From an uncultured Gammaproteobacteria bacterium (GTDB taxonomy: Bacteria > Patescibacteriota > Microgenomatia > CAZETR01), in assembly GCA_964514545.1 (NCBI GenBank), contig CAZETR010000011.1, positions 102,413-166,412 of the forward strand: 64,000 bases of DNA, read 5' to 3'. A program made the translations under genes and the position numbers. Each line of letters starts with the position of its first letter. Within the stretch, counting starts at the first letter, position 1. The notes below the pieces were generated by a model. It searched no databases and was not told the DNA's origin. It worked only from the letters and a program-made list of their open reading frames with translations. Below are positions 10,184 through 19,126 of the stretch, piece by piece.

Positions 10184-11689
10184 TTATGGTTTATAGTCTT
10201 TGTTGCGGGTTCGTCTCTGGACCGTAATGCCTCCAAAGCTTGCCTCGTAGGATACCTGACCGATACCGGCCTGGCGATTTAGCCAAGCCGCTAGTCGCTC
10301 TGGATGAGGAGGATCTTGTTCGTAAAGAGTATAGAGCAGGGGCACCCACCCTGTCTGTGGGAGTTTGTGGGCGCGATTTCCCATCCAAAGAAATAGATAA
10401 TCGTAGGCATATGGAATGACTGGAGGAACGTATACGTCAACGTTAAATGGTGTTGTACCTGAGTCGGTTAAGACCCATTGAACTGCCTGCTTTTGGTTAC
10501 CGAGCGTGATGTGTGTCGGTCCGTCTGTCCCGGCAATAAGTGAGTTTTTAGCGAGAGGGATGTTTGTCCAGATAAAGGTGATCATGAATAGAGAAACTGC
10601 GATTTTTCCGATTGGCTTGTTTAGTTGAGAAGTTAATGAGATGGAAACCAGGAGAATGAAAATCGGAAAGCTTCCAGAGAGATGATAATCGTAGACATTT
10701 CCGTGGTTACCCTGATAAAACAAAAGCAGCAGAAGCTGGGGGATAGTGAGAATGAGAGCTGATTTTGTCAAAGGCGAATCCCAAGTTCTTACGGTAACTA
10801 ACATAAAAATGATTAAAACTGGTAATCCCCACTTGATCAAATTTTGATTGTAGGCGAAGAGCTTATTACCAAAGCCGTTTTGATAAAGTGCTAGTCTATC
10901 CCTGAATAAGTCTTGAGGTTGGCCTTGAAAGCTTTTTTCGGAAATTAATTGGTTTGTGATATTTTTAAGCATTATATGTTGGTGGCGAAAGTCAAAAACT
11001 GCCTGGGGCAGAAGAGTAAGTGAAAACAATAGCAAGGAGATGGCTAATGTCTTAAGCGGTGGTCTGTTCGGCCATTGCCAAATTAAAAAAAGAATCGTGG
11101 CCGGAATAAAAAACATGGCTGAAGCAACCTCAAACTGAAGCGATAGACCGATTGTCAGAAACGCCAGTGTCCAATAACTAGTTTTTCCGCCGGTAATTTT
11201 ATTGAAGCAATAGAGAAGTATGGTGCTACCGACCATGACCGGCGGGGGGTTACTTAACCAGCGATTGAGCCAAAACATTGGCTGGGAAAAAGCATATATA
11301 AATGCAGCCAAAACTCCGGCTGCTTTATTTGTTGTCCGTCCGAGCTTATAAAGGAGATAGATGGGAACAAGTTGAAGCGCACTAATAAACATGGCGGGTA
11401 TTACTGGATTTCCCTTACCCAACCAATAGAACGGCGCAATCAATAAGTAGAAGGCAGGACCCAAAAAAATGCCGTCTAGTCCCGTAACCGGGCCAACTAA
11501 AAAAAATTTTCCTCGAGTGAGAAACTGGTTAATGACCAGGGCATCTCTGCCTTGATCGTAATAGAATCCGAGCAGGTCACCTAAACGGAACCAGCGGACA
11601 AAGACGGCTCCAACAAGAATGAGCGCAATTGAAATTTTCTCTATCCTTGCCCAACTGAATGCGTTTTTAGTTTTTGCCTTATTTTTCAT
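10184..11689 (-). CDS. GT-C family membrane glycosyltransferase (paralog)
   Basis: Polytopic. YYDQGRDALV...LVGPVTGLDGIFLGPAFYLL loop motif as in the paralogs. Confidence 0.6.
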   Translation of the reverse strand: MKNKAKTKNAFSWARIEKISIALILVGAVFVRWFRLGDLLGFYYDQGRDALVINQFLTRGKFFLVGPVTGLDGIFLGPAFYLLIAPFYWLGKGNPVIPAMFISALQLVPIYLLYKLGRTTNKAAGVLAAFIYAFSQPMFWLNRWLSNPPPVMVGSTILLYCFNKITGGKTSYWTLAFLTIGLSLQFEVASAMFFIPATILFLIWQWPNRPPLKTLAISLLLFSLTLLPQAVFDFRHQHIMLKNITNQLISEKSFQGQPQDLFRDRLALYQNGFGNKLFAYNQNLIKWGLPVLIIFMLVTVRTWDSPLTKSALILTIPQLLLLLFYQGNHGNVYDYHLSGSFPIFILLVSISLTSQLNKPIGKIAVSLFMITFIWTNIPLAKNSLIAGTDGPTHITLGNQKQAVQWVLTDSGTTPFNVDVYVPPVIPYAYDYLFLWMGNRAHKLPQTGWVPLLYTLYEQDPPHPERLAAWLNRQAGIGQVSYEASFGGITVQRRTRNKDYKP

Positions 11690-11691
11690 TG

Positions 11692-13845
11692 TTAAGTTGG
11701 CTTTATGTGAGCTAATTTGAAAACTTTAACGCCCCAGGGGAAGTTCCATTCCGAATCAATTTTGGTCCATCCAAAGGCGGCTATTTCCCACTCGGGGTTG
11801 CCGACTGGCTGACATGTCTCGTCTTCGCAGACGACAAAAAGTTGATCGGTTACCTGATCTTTTACTTTCCTGTATGGGGCATCATTAAGCTCAAGAAAAT
11901 ACGCGTAGCTTTTGTCATAGTTTCGTTTAGCAATCAGGGCAAAGTTAAAGGGTTTTCCGGCTGATTTCTCTATTACAAACTGAGAAATAGTCCGAGTTCG
12001 CGAAAGCTGGTTATTGGGTGGAGTCTGAAGTGGATTGTTTTGTATACTAATTATGGCAATTGTCACAAATATTGGAACTGAAAGGTATTTGAGGGCCTTG
12101 AAAACGAAGCCGAGGAGAAGAAAAACTGCCGGAAACAGAAATCCATAGTAATGACTGTAGATATGCTGTTTGTAGAGACCTAATCCAATTAATCCGAATG
12201 TTACCCAGGCAAGAACAAAAAACTGGTCGAGAAAGTTGAATCTTTTTTTAAAAGAAAGAAGTGTTCCAATTGGGAAAAGAATTGAGATGATACTAGAGAA
12301 TAAGGCGTTACGGACACCGAAGAGGGCGGCATTTATGTCCTTCCATATGGGCCAGAGATTGGGAATTGCCTTATAGGCCTTGAAATTTACTGTTGTTTGA
12401 CGATTGGAAAAGAAGGCGATAATTGCCCTGGAATTTAGAAAATTGTGCCTGAGGTCAAACCAGAGAAGAGGTGACATAAGAAGTAAAAAAATGATTGCGG
12501 CTAAGGCTATGTGTTTTTTAAAGCCTGTTTTTTTGGGAGAAAGGGCCACAAATAATACAATTGTGGGAGCGAGTAAAAGACCTAAATAATGTGATTGCAG
12601 AACAAAGGCGAACGAAACGGCACTTGCCACAAGCCATCTCCAATAACCGAATTTAGCAACTTTCCAGATACCGTACATTGTGAGCAGGGCAAAGAAAGGC
12701 ATGACATTGGGATTCCAAGAGGAACGGGAATAAATTATCGTAGTTGATGAGATAGCGTAAAGAGTAGAAACTGCAAGAGCTTCAATTCTTCCGAACCATT
12801 GTCTGCCTGCCCACCAAATGAGGGCAATTGTAGCTAAGCTGAAAAGGGCAACCATGACTGCCGGGCCCACAGGTGAATAGTTGAAAAGAAGGAGTGGAGG
12901 CAGCATCAGGTAGTAATAGAGCGGACCGAGGTACATATTACCGACTGAGGTTTGGGGGCCGATCAGCGCCGGGTGGAGTTCCTGGATCATTCGCCGGACA
13001 ATAAGAACATCACGTCCTTCATCTCCTAGAAAGGTTAAGTATTGATCGATTTTGTAAAGTCTTAAAAATCCGCCCACAAGGAGTATAACTACTAAGGTTG
13101 CAAGTTCCCATTTGAAGACGGCCCGGCCCTGTTCAACGAGTATCTCCTTTTTTAATTGCCACCAAAAAATTATCAATTCCCGAAATGCTTTGAAGATAAC
13201 TTTGGGGTTCCCCCCCGTGGACTTTCCTGCTGTCCGAGGTAAATGGGTAACTGGAAGTTCTGCGATCGACATTCCCCTAGCCCGGGCGCCCGCGAAAAGC
13301 TGGGTGTCGATCATAGCTCCATTTGAGGGGAGGCTGATTTTTTCTAAAATATTCCGGCGAAAGAGTTTGAATCCGCAGTCTACGTCTGTGGCAAGATAGC
13401 CAAAGAGAGCCCGAACTATTGTGTTCCATCCCCATCTAAATATTCTCCGGTGAAAAGGATCACTGTCCTGGGTCCTGATGCCACTGACTATGTCGGCATT
13501 GGTCTGGGATTGTTTTTCAAGCAGCCTTTTAATCTCGGAAAAATCGAATTGGTTGTCAGATGGAACAAATGCTATAAAGTCGTTTTTGGCTGCATAAAAG
13601 CCAGTCTTAAGCGATCCTCCATAGCCCTGGTTTGGATTGTTTTCAATTACTCTGGTGTTTGGGATATTTTTGGCCAGGATTTTGGCTACTGTCCCGGTTT
13701 TATCTTTTGAGCCGTCGTTGACAATAATTATTTCCCAATCCAGACTTTTTAATCCTTTGAGGGCCTTAAATAAATTCTGTAAACAAGCGGCAATGTTCTT
13801 TTCTTCGTTGTAGGCTGGAACCACGACTGAGAGGCTTTTAGGCAT
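11692..13845 (-). CDS. bifunctional fusion: N-terminal GT2 polyprenyl-phosphate sugar synthase plus C-terminal GT-C membrane glycosyltransferase
   Basis: The N-terminus (VVVPAYNEEKNI...VNDGSKDKT...FVPSDNQ...SGIR) is GT2. After about 230 aa it becomes a polytopic GT-C carrying LGDEGRDVLIV...LIGPQTSVGNMYLGPLYYYL. It is one uninterrupted 717-aa ORF. Confidence 0.7.
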   Translation of the reverse strand: MPKSLSVVVPAYNEEKNIAACLQNLFKALKGLKSLDWEIIIVNDGSKDKTGTVAKILAKNIPNTRVIENNPNQGYGGSLKTGFYAAKNDFIAFVPSDNQFDFSEIKRLLEKQSQTNADIVSGIRTQDSDPFHRRIFRWGWNTIVRALFGYLATDVDCGFKLFRRNILEKISLPSNGAMIDTQLFAGARARGMSIAELPVTHLPRTAGKSTGGNPKVIFKAFRELIIFWWQLKKEILVEQGRAVFKWELATLVVILLVGGFLRLYKIDQYLTFLGDEGRDVLIVRRMIQELHPALIGPQTSVGNMYLGPLYYYLMLPPLLLFNYSPVGPAVMVALFSLATIALIWWAGRQWFGRIEALAVSTLYAISSTTIIYSRSSWNPNVMPFFALLTMYGIWKVAKFGYWRWLVASAVSFAFVLQSHYLGLLLAPTIVLFVALSPKKTGFKKHIALAAIIFLLLMSPLLWFDLRHNFLNSRAIIAFFSNRQTTVNFKAYKAIPNLWPIWKDINAALFGVRNALFSSIISILFPIGTLLSFKKRFNFLDQFFVLAWVTFGLIGLGLYKQHIYSHYYGFLFPAVFLLLGFVFKALKYLSVPIFVTIAIISIQNNPLQTPPNNQLSRTRTISQFVIEKSAGKPFNFALIAKRNYDKSYAYFLELNDAPYRKVKDQVTDQLFVVCEDETCQPVGNPEWEIAAFGWTKIDSEWNFPWGVKVFKLAHIKPT

Positions 13846-13859
13846 GGTACAATAATAAC

Positions 13860-14981
13860 ATGAAGCGCCTACGAGTTTGGGCGGTGCTTGCCTTAGTTAC
13901 CGTCCTTTCCACGTTTTTAGTCTGGGTGCCGTTTTGGCTAAGACTACCTTCTTTTTGGGGAATCAGGATTCCGCCTGACGGCATGGGAACAGTTTTTCGC
14001 AACTTTGACGGACCGTTATATCTGGTTGTTTCTAAAACTTTCTATAACTTTGCGCTGGGAAATCGATTTGAGTTCCCTTTGGCGAACGAATATTACTCGG
14101 CGCATTTTCCTCTCTATCCTCTAATTATCCGGGTTTTGGGAATCGGTTTTAGCTTTCCGTGGGCCATGCTCGTTGTCACTTTAATTTCCAGTGTCTTGGC
14201 TGCCTGGATCTTTTACGAGCTTGCCTTGGATTGGTTTGACCAGAAAAAGGCGTTTTGGCTTACCTGCTTATTTTTGATTTTTCCGGCTAGGTTCTTGGTC
14301 GTCCGCTCTATAGGGTCGCCAGAACCACTCTTTATGTTTTTAATGATGACCTTTGTCCTGGGTTTAATGAAGAAAAATTACTGGATGGTCGGGATTGCCG
14401 GGATTTTGGCGGTTCTAACTAAGAGCCCGGGGGTACTACTGATTGTAGGTTACGGGGTATACCTAATTTTGACAAGGACTGTCCTTGTCAGGCCGTTTAA
14501 GGAGTATTTAACTGTAGCTTTAATCCCGCTAGCACTTCTGGGGTTATTTGGTTTTTATAAATTCCGCTACGGAGATTTTTGGACCTATTTCCACTCGGGA
14601 AATAATATCCATCTCCAGTTTCTGCCATTTAGGGTTTTTAACTTTCAACAAGACTGGGTCGGAACTCATTGGCTGGAAGATATCATTTGGGTTTATACAT
14701 TTGGGTTGATTGGTCTTCTGAGACTGATTGATAAGAAGAAAAACGAGATGGTTGCATTTGTGGGAGTATATTTGTTGTCGATTTTCTTTGTCTCTCACCG
14801 AGACATTTCCAGATATGCATTACCAATTATGCCATTTGTGCTTCTGTCTCTCGGGGATGTTATTGAAGTCAAATATTTGAAATGGTTTATCTGGGTAATG
14901 TTTTTCCCCATACTTTTGTACTCAATTAATTTTATTGCCAATAATACTATGCCGGTTTCTGGTTGGGGACCTCTTCTTTAA
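13860..14981 (+). CDS. hypothetical polytopic membrane protein (possible GT-C/mannosyltransferase-like)
   Basis: 373 aa with about 10 TM helices. It is the only plus-strand gene inside the glycosylation cluster. No firm family was recognised. Confidence 0.4.
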   Translation: MKRLRVWAVLALVTVLSTFLVWVPFWLRLPSFWGIRIPPDGMGTVFRNFDGPLYLVVSKTFYNFALGNRFEFPLANEYYSAHFPLYPLIIRVLGIGFSFPWAMLVVTLISSVLAAWIFYELALDWFDQKKAFWLTCLFLIFPARFLVVRSIGSPEPLFMFLMMTFVLGLMKKNYWMVGIAGILAVLTKSPGVLLIVGYGVYLILTRTVLVRPFKEYLTVALIPLALLGLFGFYKFRYGDFWTYFHSGNNIHLQFLPFRVFNFQQDWVGTHWLEDIIWVYTFGLIGLLRLIDKKKNEMVAFVGVYLLSIFFVSHRDISRYALPIMPFVLLSLGDVIEVKYLKWFIWVMFFPILLYSINFIANNTMPVSGWGPLL

Positions 14982-14999
14982 TTTTTATTTATATCCAGG

Positions 15000-16121
15000 C
15001 TAATTTTTCTTCTTCCAAATGACGCGTGTATACATGAAGTAATTATACGGGAGAACTAAAAAGACAATTGCAAGAGCAAGAATAACTTGCCTGTGCTGTG
15101 AGCCAAAGAAATTTACTCCGATGGTACCTACAACTATTTGGATAAGTAGTCCCCCACTTGAGGTTAAATTGAATTGAAAAAACTTGGCGATTAAACTTTT
15201 GACACCCCTGATCTGGCCTGATTTGAATGTCCAAAGATTATTAAGGGTGAAATTGGATATAATTGCTAATTCTGTGGAGAAGGTCCACGAGGCCCATTCG
15301 AATAGCCCAATACGGGAGAAGAAATTGAGAGTGGTAGCATTTATAAGATAGCCTATAAAGCCGACAACGCAGAACTTGAAAAAACGCAGGAGTTTAGGGT
15401 TATGAGCTTGGAGAAGAAAAATGACTCTTAGGGTTTCCTGCATTTCGTTTTTAATAATTTTTGAGTCGCCAGATGTTCGGGGTTGAAACTGAATAGGAAT
15501 TTCTTTTACTTTGGCTCCTTTATGGACCATGTAGAAAAGAAGGTGGATTTTGTAGGCAAAGCTACGCGAGAGAAGTGTGTCAAAATCAAAATCGGCCATG
15601 AAACCTTTTACCCCGGAGAGTCGAAATCCTCCCGTGACGTCGTGGATCTGGGGCAGAAGAAGGAGTACGCGGGCGATGAGATTTCCGATCACGCTCAATA
15701 GTTTTCTGTCCAGTCCCCAATTTGCGGGAATAGACCCGCCTTTGATGTAACGGGACCCAATAATATAATCATACCCGTTGTCGATTTCATCAATAAGTTT
15801 AGGAATGTCTTCGGGCCGGTGCTGAAAATCTCCGTCGAATTCCATCAGATAGTCAGCATTTAATTTATCCATCGCAAACTTCATTCCCTTGGCATAGGCT
15901 TTTCCTAACCCCTCTTTTCTTTTTTCTAACAACAAATGCAGCCAAGGACGTGTTTTTTTCTTCTCGGATACTATTTGGGCTGTTTTATCCGGACTGTTGC
16001 CATCTACGTACAGGAGGCTTGTGTCGTGCTTAATTTTGGGAATTATTTTATCTAAAGCACTAATCATCCGTAGGGTGTTGTCTTTTTCGTTATATGTTGG
16101 AATAACAATGACTATTTTCAT
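15000..16121 (-). CDS. GT2 polyprenyl-phosphate sugar synthase with a C-terminal GtrA-like TM domain
   Basis: VIPTYNEKDN...YVDGNSPDKT...FDGDFQH...IGSRY, followed by a roughly 4-TM C-terminal GtrA-like region. Confidence 0.8.
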   Translation of the reverse strand: MKIVIVIPTYNEKDNTLRMISALDKIIPKIKHDTSLLYVDGNSPDKTAQIVSEKKKTRPWLHLLLEKRKEGLGKAYAKGMKFAMDKLNADYLMEFDGDFQHRPEDIPKLIDEIDNGYDYIIGSRYIKGGSIPANWGLDRKLLSVIGNLIARVLLLLPQIHDVTGGFRLSGVKGFMADFDFDTLLSRSFAYKIHLLFYMVHKGAKVKEIPIQFQPRTSGDSKIIKNEMQETLRVIFLLQAHNPKLLRFFKFCVVGFIGYLINATTLNFFSRIGLFEWASWTFSTELAIISNFTLNNLWTFKSGQIRGVKSLIAKFFQFNLTSSGGLLIQIVVGTIGVNFFGSQHRQVILALAIVFLVLPYNYFMYTRVIWKKKN

Positions 16122-16933
16122 GGCAGTATTTTAAGCTTTTCAAAGCGAATTTGAAAAGCGAGGAGGATGTATTCAATGATGTCGTGAAGATAAGTGCGCA
16201 GGTATTTGGGGTTAAAGCTGACTTTTGACTCACCGGCGGTACGAAATCTGTACGTTACTGGAAACTCGTGAAACTTTTGGGTAACTAGGGTTAGCTTGAA
16301 GAGAAAGTAGTTGAAAAAACCAAAGCCCACAGTACTCATGCGGCCAAAATCAACCCGGTCCAGGACACCCTTGACCCTAATAGCGCGAAAGGCGCCGTTG
16401 TGGTCGTAAACCTCCTTAACCCCCGCAACCCAGGTGGCAAATAATTTATTGGCAACCCAGTGATTTAGCTTGCGATTAAAATTCCAACCCTCGGTTTTAC
16501 CATTTCCAACGTGGCGGGAGCCAACAATTACATCGAATCCCTCGTCAATTTTTTTGAGCATATAGGGAATATGTTTTGGGTCGAAGCCAAAGTCTGCCTC
16601 GTTGGGGATAATCACGTCAGGGCGAAGATCTTTGAGAGCGTATTTGATTCCCCGGATCATAGCAACCCCCAGTCCCTGTTTCTTGCCGGTAAGTAAGAAT
16701 AGGCTTTTGTCTCTTTTTTGAAACTCTTTAACAACGTCTTGGGTTTTGTCCGGAGAATTGTCATCGACTACCAGGATTAAGTGTTTGTGTTTTTTGTCAT
16801 GCGCGGCAATATTTTGCAGAACCGGGATCATTTTGGTAATATTTTCCCTTTCGTTGTAGGTGGGAATTAAATTCACAACTACGGCCTTTTGCATACGACG
16901 AATATACTGCGAATTTGATACAATTGACATCAT
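16118..16933 (-). CDS. GT2 polyprenyl-phosphate mannose/glucose synthase (Dpm1-like)
   Basis: LIPTYNEREN...VVDDNSPDKT...VGSRH are Dpm1-like motifs. Its start codon abuts the trmD start on the opposite strand. Confidence 0.8.
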   Translation of the reverse strand: MMSIVSNSQYIRRMQKAVVVNLIPTYNERENITKMIPVLQNIAAHDKKHKHLILVVDDNSPDKTQDVVKEFQKRDKSLFLLTGKKQGLGVAMIRGIKYALKDLRPDVIIPNEADFGFDPKHIPYMLKKIDEGFDVIVGSRHVGNGKTEGWNFNRKLNHWVANKLFATWVAGVKEVYDHNGAFRAIRVKGVLDRVDFGRMSTVGFGFFNYFLFKLTLVTQKFHEFPVTYRFRTAGESKVSFNPKYLRTYLHDIIEYILLAFQIRFEKLKILP

Positions 16934-17597
16934 GAAAATCGATATATTAACGCTGTTTCCCCAGATGTTTTCGGGTCCATTTGATTTCTCAATTGTGAAA
17001 CGGGCAAGAGAGAGAAAATTGATTGAGCTCGATATCTATGACCTGCGCGATTGGGCTACTGACAAATATAAATCTGTCGACGATCGTCCGTATGGAGGTG
17101 GACCGGGGATGATACTACGGGTTGATATAATTGATGTTGCGGTAAGAGAAGTCAAAAGTCAAAAGGCAAAAGGCAAAAGAGCAAGTCAAAAATCAAAAGT
17201 TATTCTGCTAGATGCTACTGGCGAAAAGTTTACTCAGGAGAAGGCGGAGGAGTTAAGCCGGGAAGAGCATCTGATATTAATCGCCGGTCACTACGAGGGG
17301 GTAGATCATCGGGTGCATGAGCACATCGCGGACGAGGTGATTTCGATTGGTGACTATATTCTTTCCGGAGGGGAAGTCCCAATAATGGTATTGGTTGACT
17401 GTATTGTGAGATTACTACCTGGGTCTTTAGGTAATCCAGAGTCTCTCTCCGAAGAGTCATTTTCAATTGTCAATTCTCAACTGTCCACTACCGAATACCC
17501 CCAATACACGAGACCGGAGGAGTATAAGGGGTGGAAAGTGCCGGAAGTACTATTATCGGGGGACCACGGAAAAATTGAGAAGTGGAGGATGAGCTAG
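16932..17597 (+). CDS. trmD: tRNA (guanine37-N1)-methyltransferase TrmD
   Basis: MKIDILTLFPQMF...RPYGGGPGMIL...LIAGHYEGVDHRV...GDYILSGGE is the canonical TrmD sequence. The track ORF starts at an upstream GTG (16860); the ATG at 16932 fits the TrmD N-terminus. Confidence 0.9.
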   Translation: MKIDILTLFPQMFSGPFDFSIVKRARERKLIELDIYDLRDWATDKYKSVDDRPYGGGPGMILRVDIIDVAVREVKSQKAKGKRASQKSKVILLDATGEKFTQEKAEELSREEHLILIAGHYEGVDHRVHEHIADEVISIGDYILSGGEVPIMVLVDCIVRLLPGSLGNPESLSEESFSIVNSQLSTTEYPQYTRPEEYKGWKVPEVLLSGDHGKIEKWRMS

Positions 17598-17598
17598 T

Positions 17599-18633
17599 AT
17601 GTCAAAACTGTCAATTGTCGGCCCTCTGCACGATGGAGATGGGTTGATAAGACGTCGCCTAGAGTCTGGGGGTCTAAAAATCCTGTCAGAGATTGCCGAA
17701 CATATGCCTCTGCTATTCTCTGCTACACAATCAGAGTCTTCTAGGGCAATTGAGCAATTGCTAAGGGGGACAAAAATACGATTTATATATGAGCCATCAT
17801 CTGCGACTCAAGAACCAAATTTAAACACCAGGGTGAGGGATAATTATCTTCAATGCCTCTCCGATCCAGTCTCAGAATCCAAGGCTAGATTGTTTATTGG
17901 AATTGACAGGCTTGTCTATGCAGCAAGCGAACACCCAAGAGATCTTATTCGGATGATCAAAAATTTAAAAAGAAGAACAGACAAAAATGATTTTAAAGAA
18001 GGTGTCTTTTTGGCCGTAAATAGAGGTTTTGCTGGTGTTGATGTTCTTACAAGTCAAATTAGTGAACCGTGGGTAGATACGCCTTGGGGGTTTAAATATC
18101 CATTTGGTATCACAAGGGAAGAGGCTTTGGGAGCCGGATCTTATCCATTCGTTCAGTCTCTTCCAGAAGCATATCTCGTCAGGTATTATGGGGAAGTTTT
18201 TGGTAATGGAAAAGAAATCGATATGCCTAGCGGTGCATGGGTCATTTCTCAAAAAGCTGCTGAAGTTATTGTAGAATCCCAGAGTCAATCAAGCTTAAGG
18301 TTTCCAGAGGGCGAATGGCCATTTATAGTTAAAAGTGCGGGGGGAAGGGTTGATGGAGTCGGCCCATTTGGCAAGGCATTGGATTGGGAGCATAAACCTT
18401 TGGGTTGGCAAGAGAGAGGACAAAGTGGATATTTTGTTCAGGACTACGGGATTCCAGGTTCTTCGAGAATCGAGCCAACACTTGGCTGGCTCGGACTATT
18501 TAGAAAATATCCAAAACTGGTAGGCGAATCATTGTTGGACGAAATTGGGAGGACGATGGAATATTTGGCCGGTGTTAAGGAAGGAAAAAGTTGGGCGGAG
18601 GGATTAGAACAGAAAACGTACAGAAGAATATGA
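17599..18633 (+). CDS. hypothetical protein of unknown family, tightly coupled to trmD
   Basis: The 344-aa ORF starts 2 nt after the trmD stop. It is soluble, Gly/Trp-rich, and I recognised no family. Confidence 0.5.
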   Translation: MSKLSIVGPLHDGDGLIRRRLESGGLKILSEIAEHMPLLFSATQSESSRAIEQLLRGTKIRFIYEPSSATQEPNLNTRVRDNYLQCLSDPVSESKARLFIGIDRLVYAASEHPRDLIRMIKNLKRRTDKNDFKEGVFLAVNRGFAGVDVLTSQISEPWVDTPWGFKYPFGITREEALGAGSYPFVQSLPEAYLVRYYGEVFGNGKEIDMPSGAWVISQKAAEVIVESQSQSSLRFPEGEWPFIVKSAGGRVDGVGPFGKALDWEHKPLGWQERGQSGYFVQDYGIPGSSRIEPTLGWLGLFRKYPKLVGESLLDEIGRTMEYLAGVKEGKSWAEGLEQKTYRRI

Positions 18634-18688
18634 TGGCTGGAAAGAACCAGAATTGCTAGTATCTTAAAAATACGGAGAGCGCAACGTA

Positions 18689-19126
18689 ATGATGAGAAAG
18701 AATATTAAAATCAAGGTCAAAAACTCAGGCTTCGTAAAGCTCCAGGTTTTTAAAGACCCTCCAGATGGAGATTTGTTTATAGCGGAATATTCTCGCCATA
18801 TTCCTTTCAAAGTTAAACGTGCATACTTCATAAACCATCTCGATAATAAAAATGCAGTTCGCGGCAAACACGCACATAAAAAGCTCGAACAACTTGTCTT
18901 CTGTATAAACGGTTCTTTTTCTCTACACTTGGATGATGGAGATAAAAAACAGAAGGTTGCTCTCGAGGATCCATCTATCGGAGTAAGGTTAGGGCCATTG
19001 CTTTGGCACGTTATGACAGACTTTTCAAAAAACTGTGTTATTTTGGTTCTCGCTGATGACCTTTATAGAGAAAGTGACTATATTAGGAATTATCGAACAT
19101 TCCTGAAGCTTTCCAATAAATTATGA
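18689..19126 (+). CDS. fdtA: dTDP-4-keto-6-deoxyhexose 3,4-ketoisomerase (FdtA/QdtA/WxcM-like cupin)
   Basis: 145 aa. VRGKHAHKKLEQLVFCINGS...GPLLWH...DYIRNY is the WxcM/FdtA signature. A GGAGAG RBS lies upstream. Confidence 0.75.
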   Translation: MMRKNIKIKVKNSGFVKLQVFKDPPDGDLFIAEYSRHIPFKVKRAYFINHLDNKNAVRGKHAHKKLEQLVFCINGSFSLHLDDGDKKQKVALEDPSIGVRLGPLLWHVMTDFSKNCVILVLADDLYRESDYIRNYRTFLKLSNKL

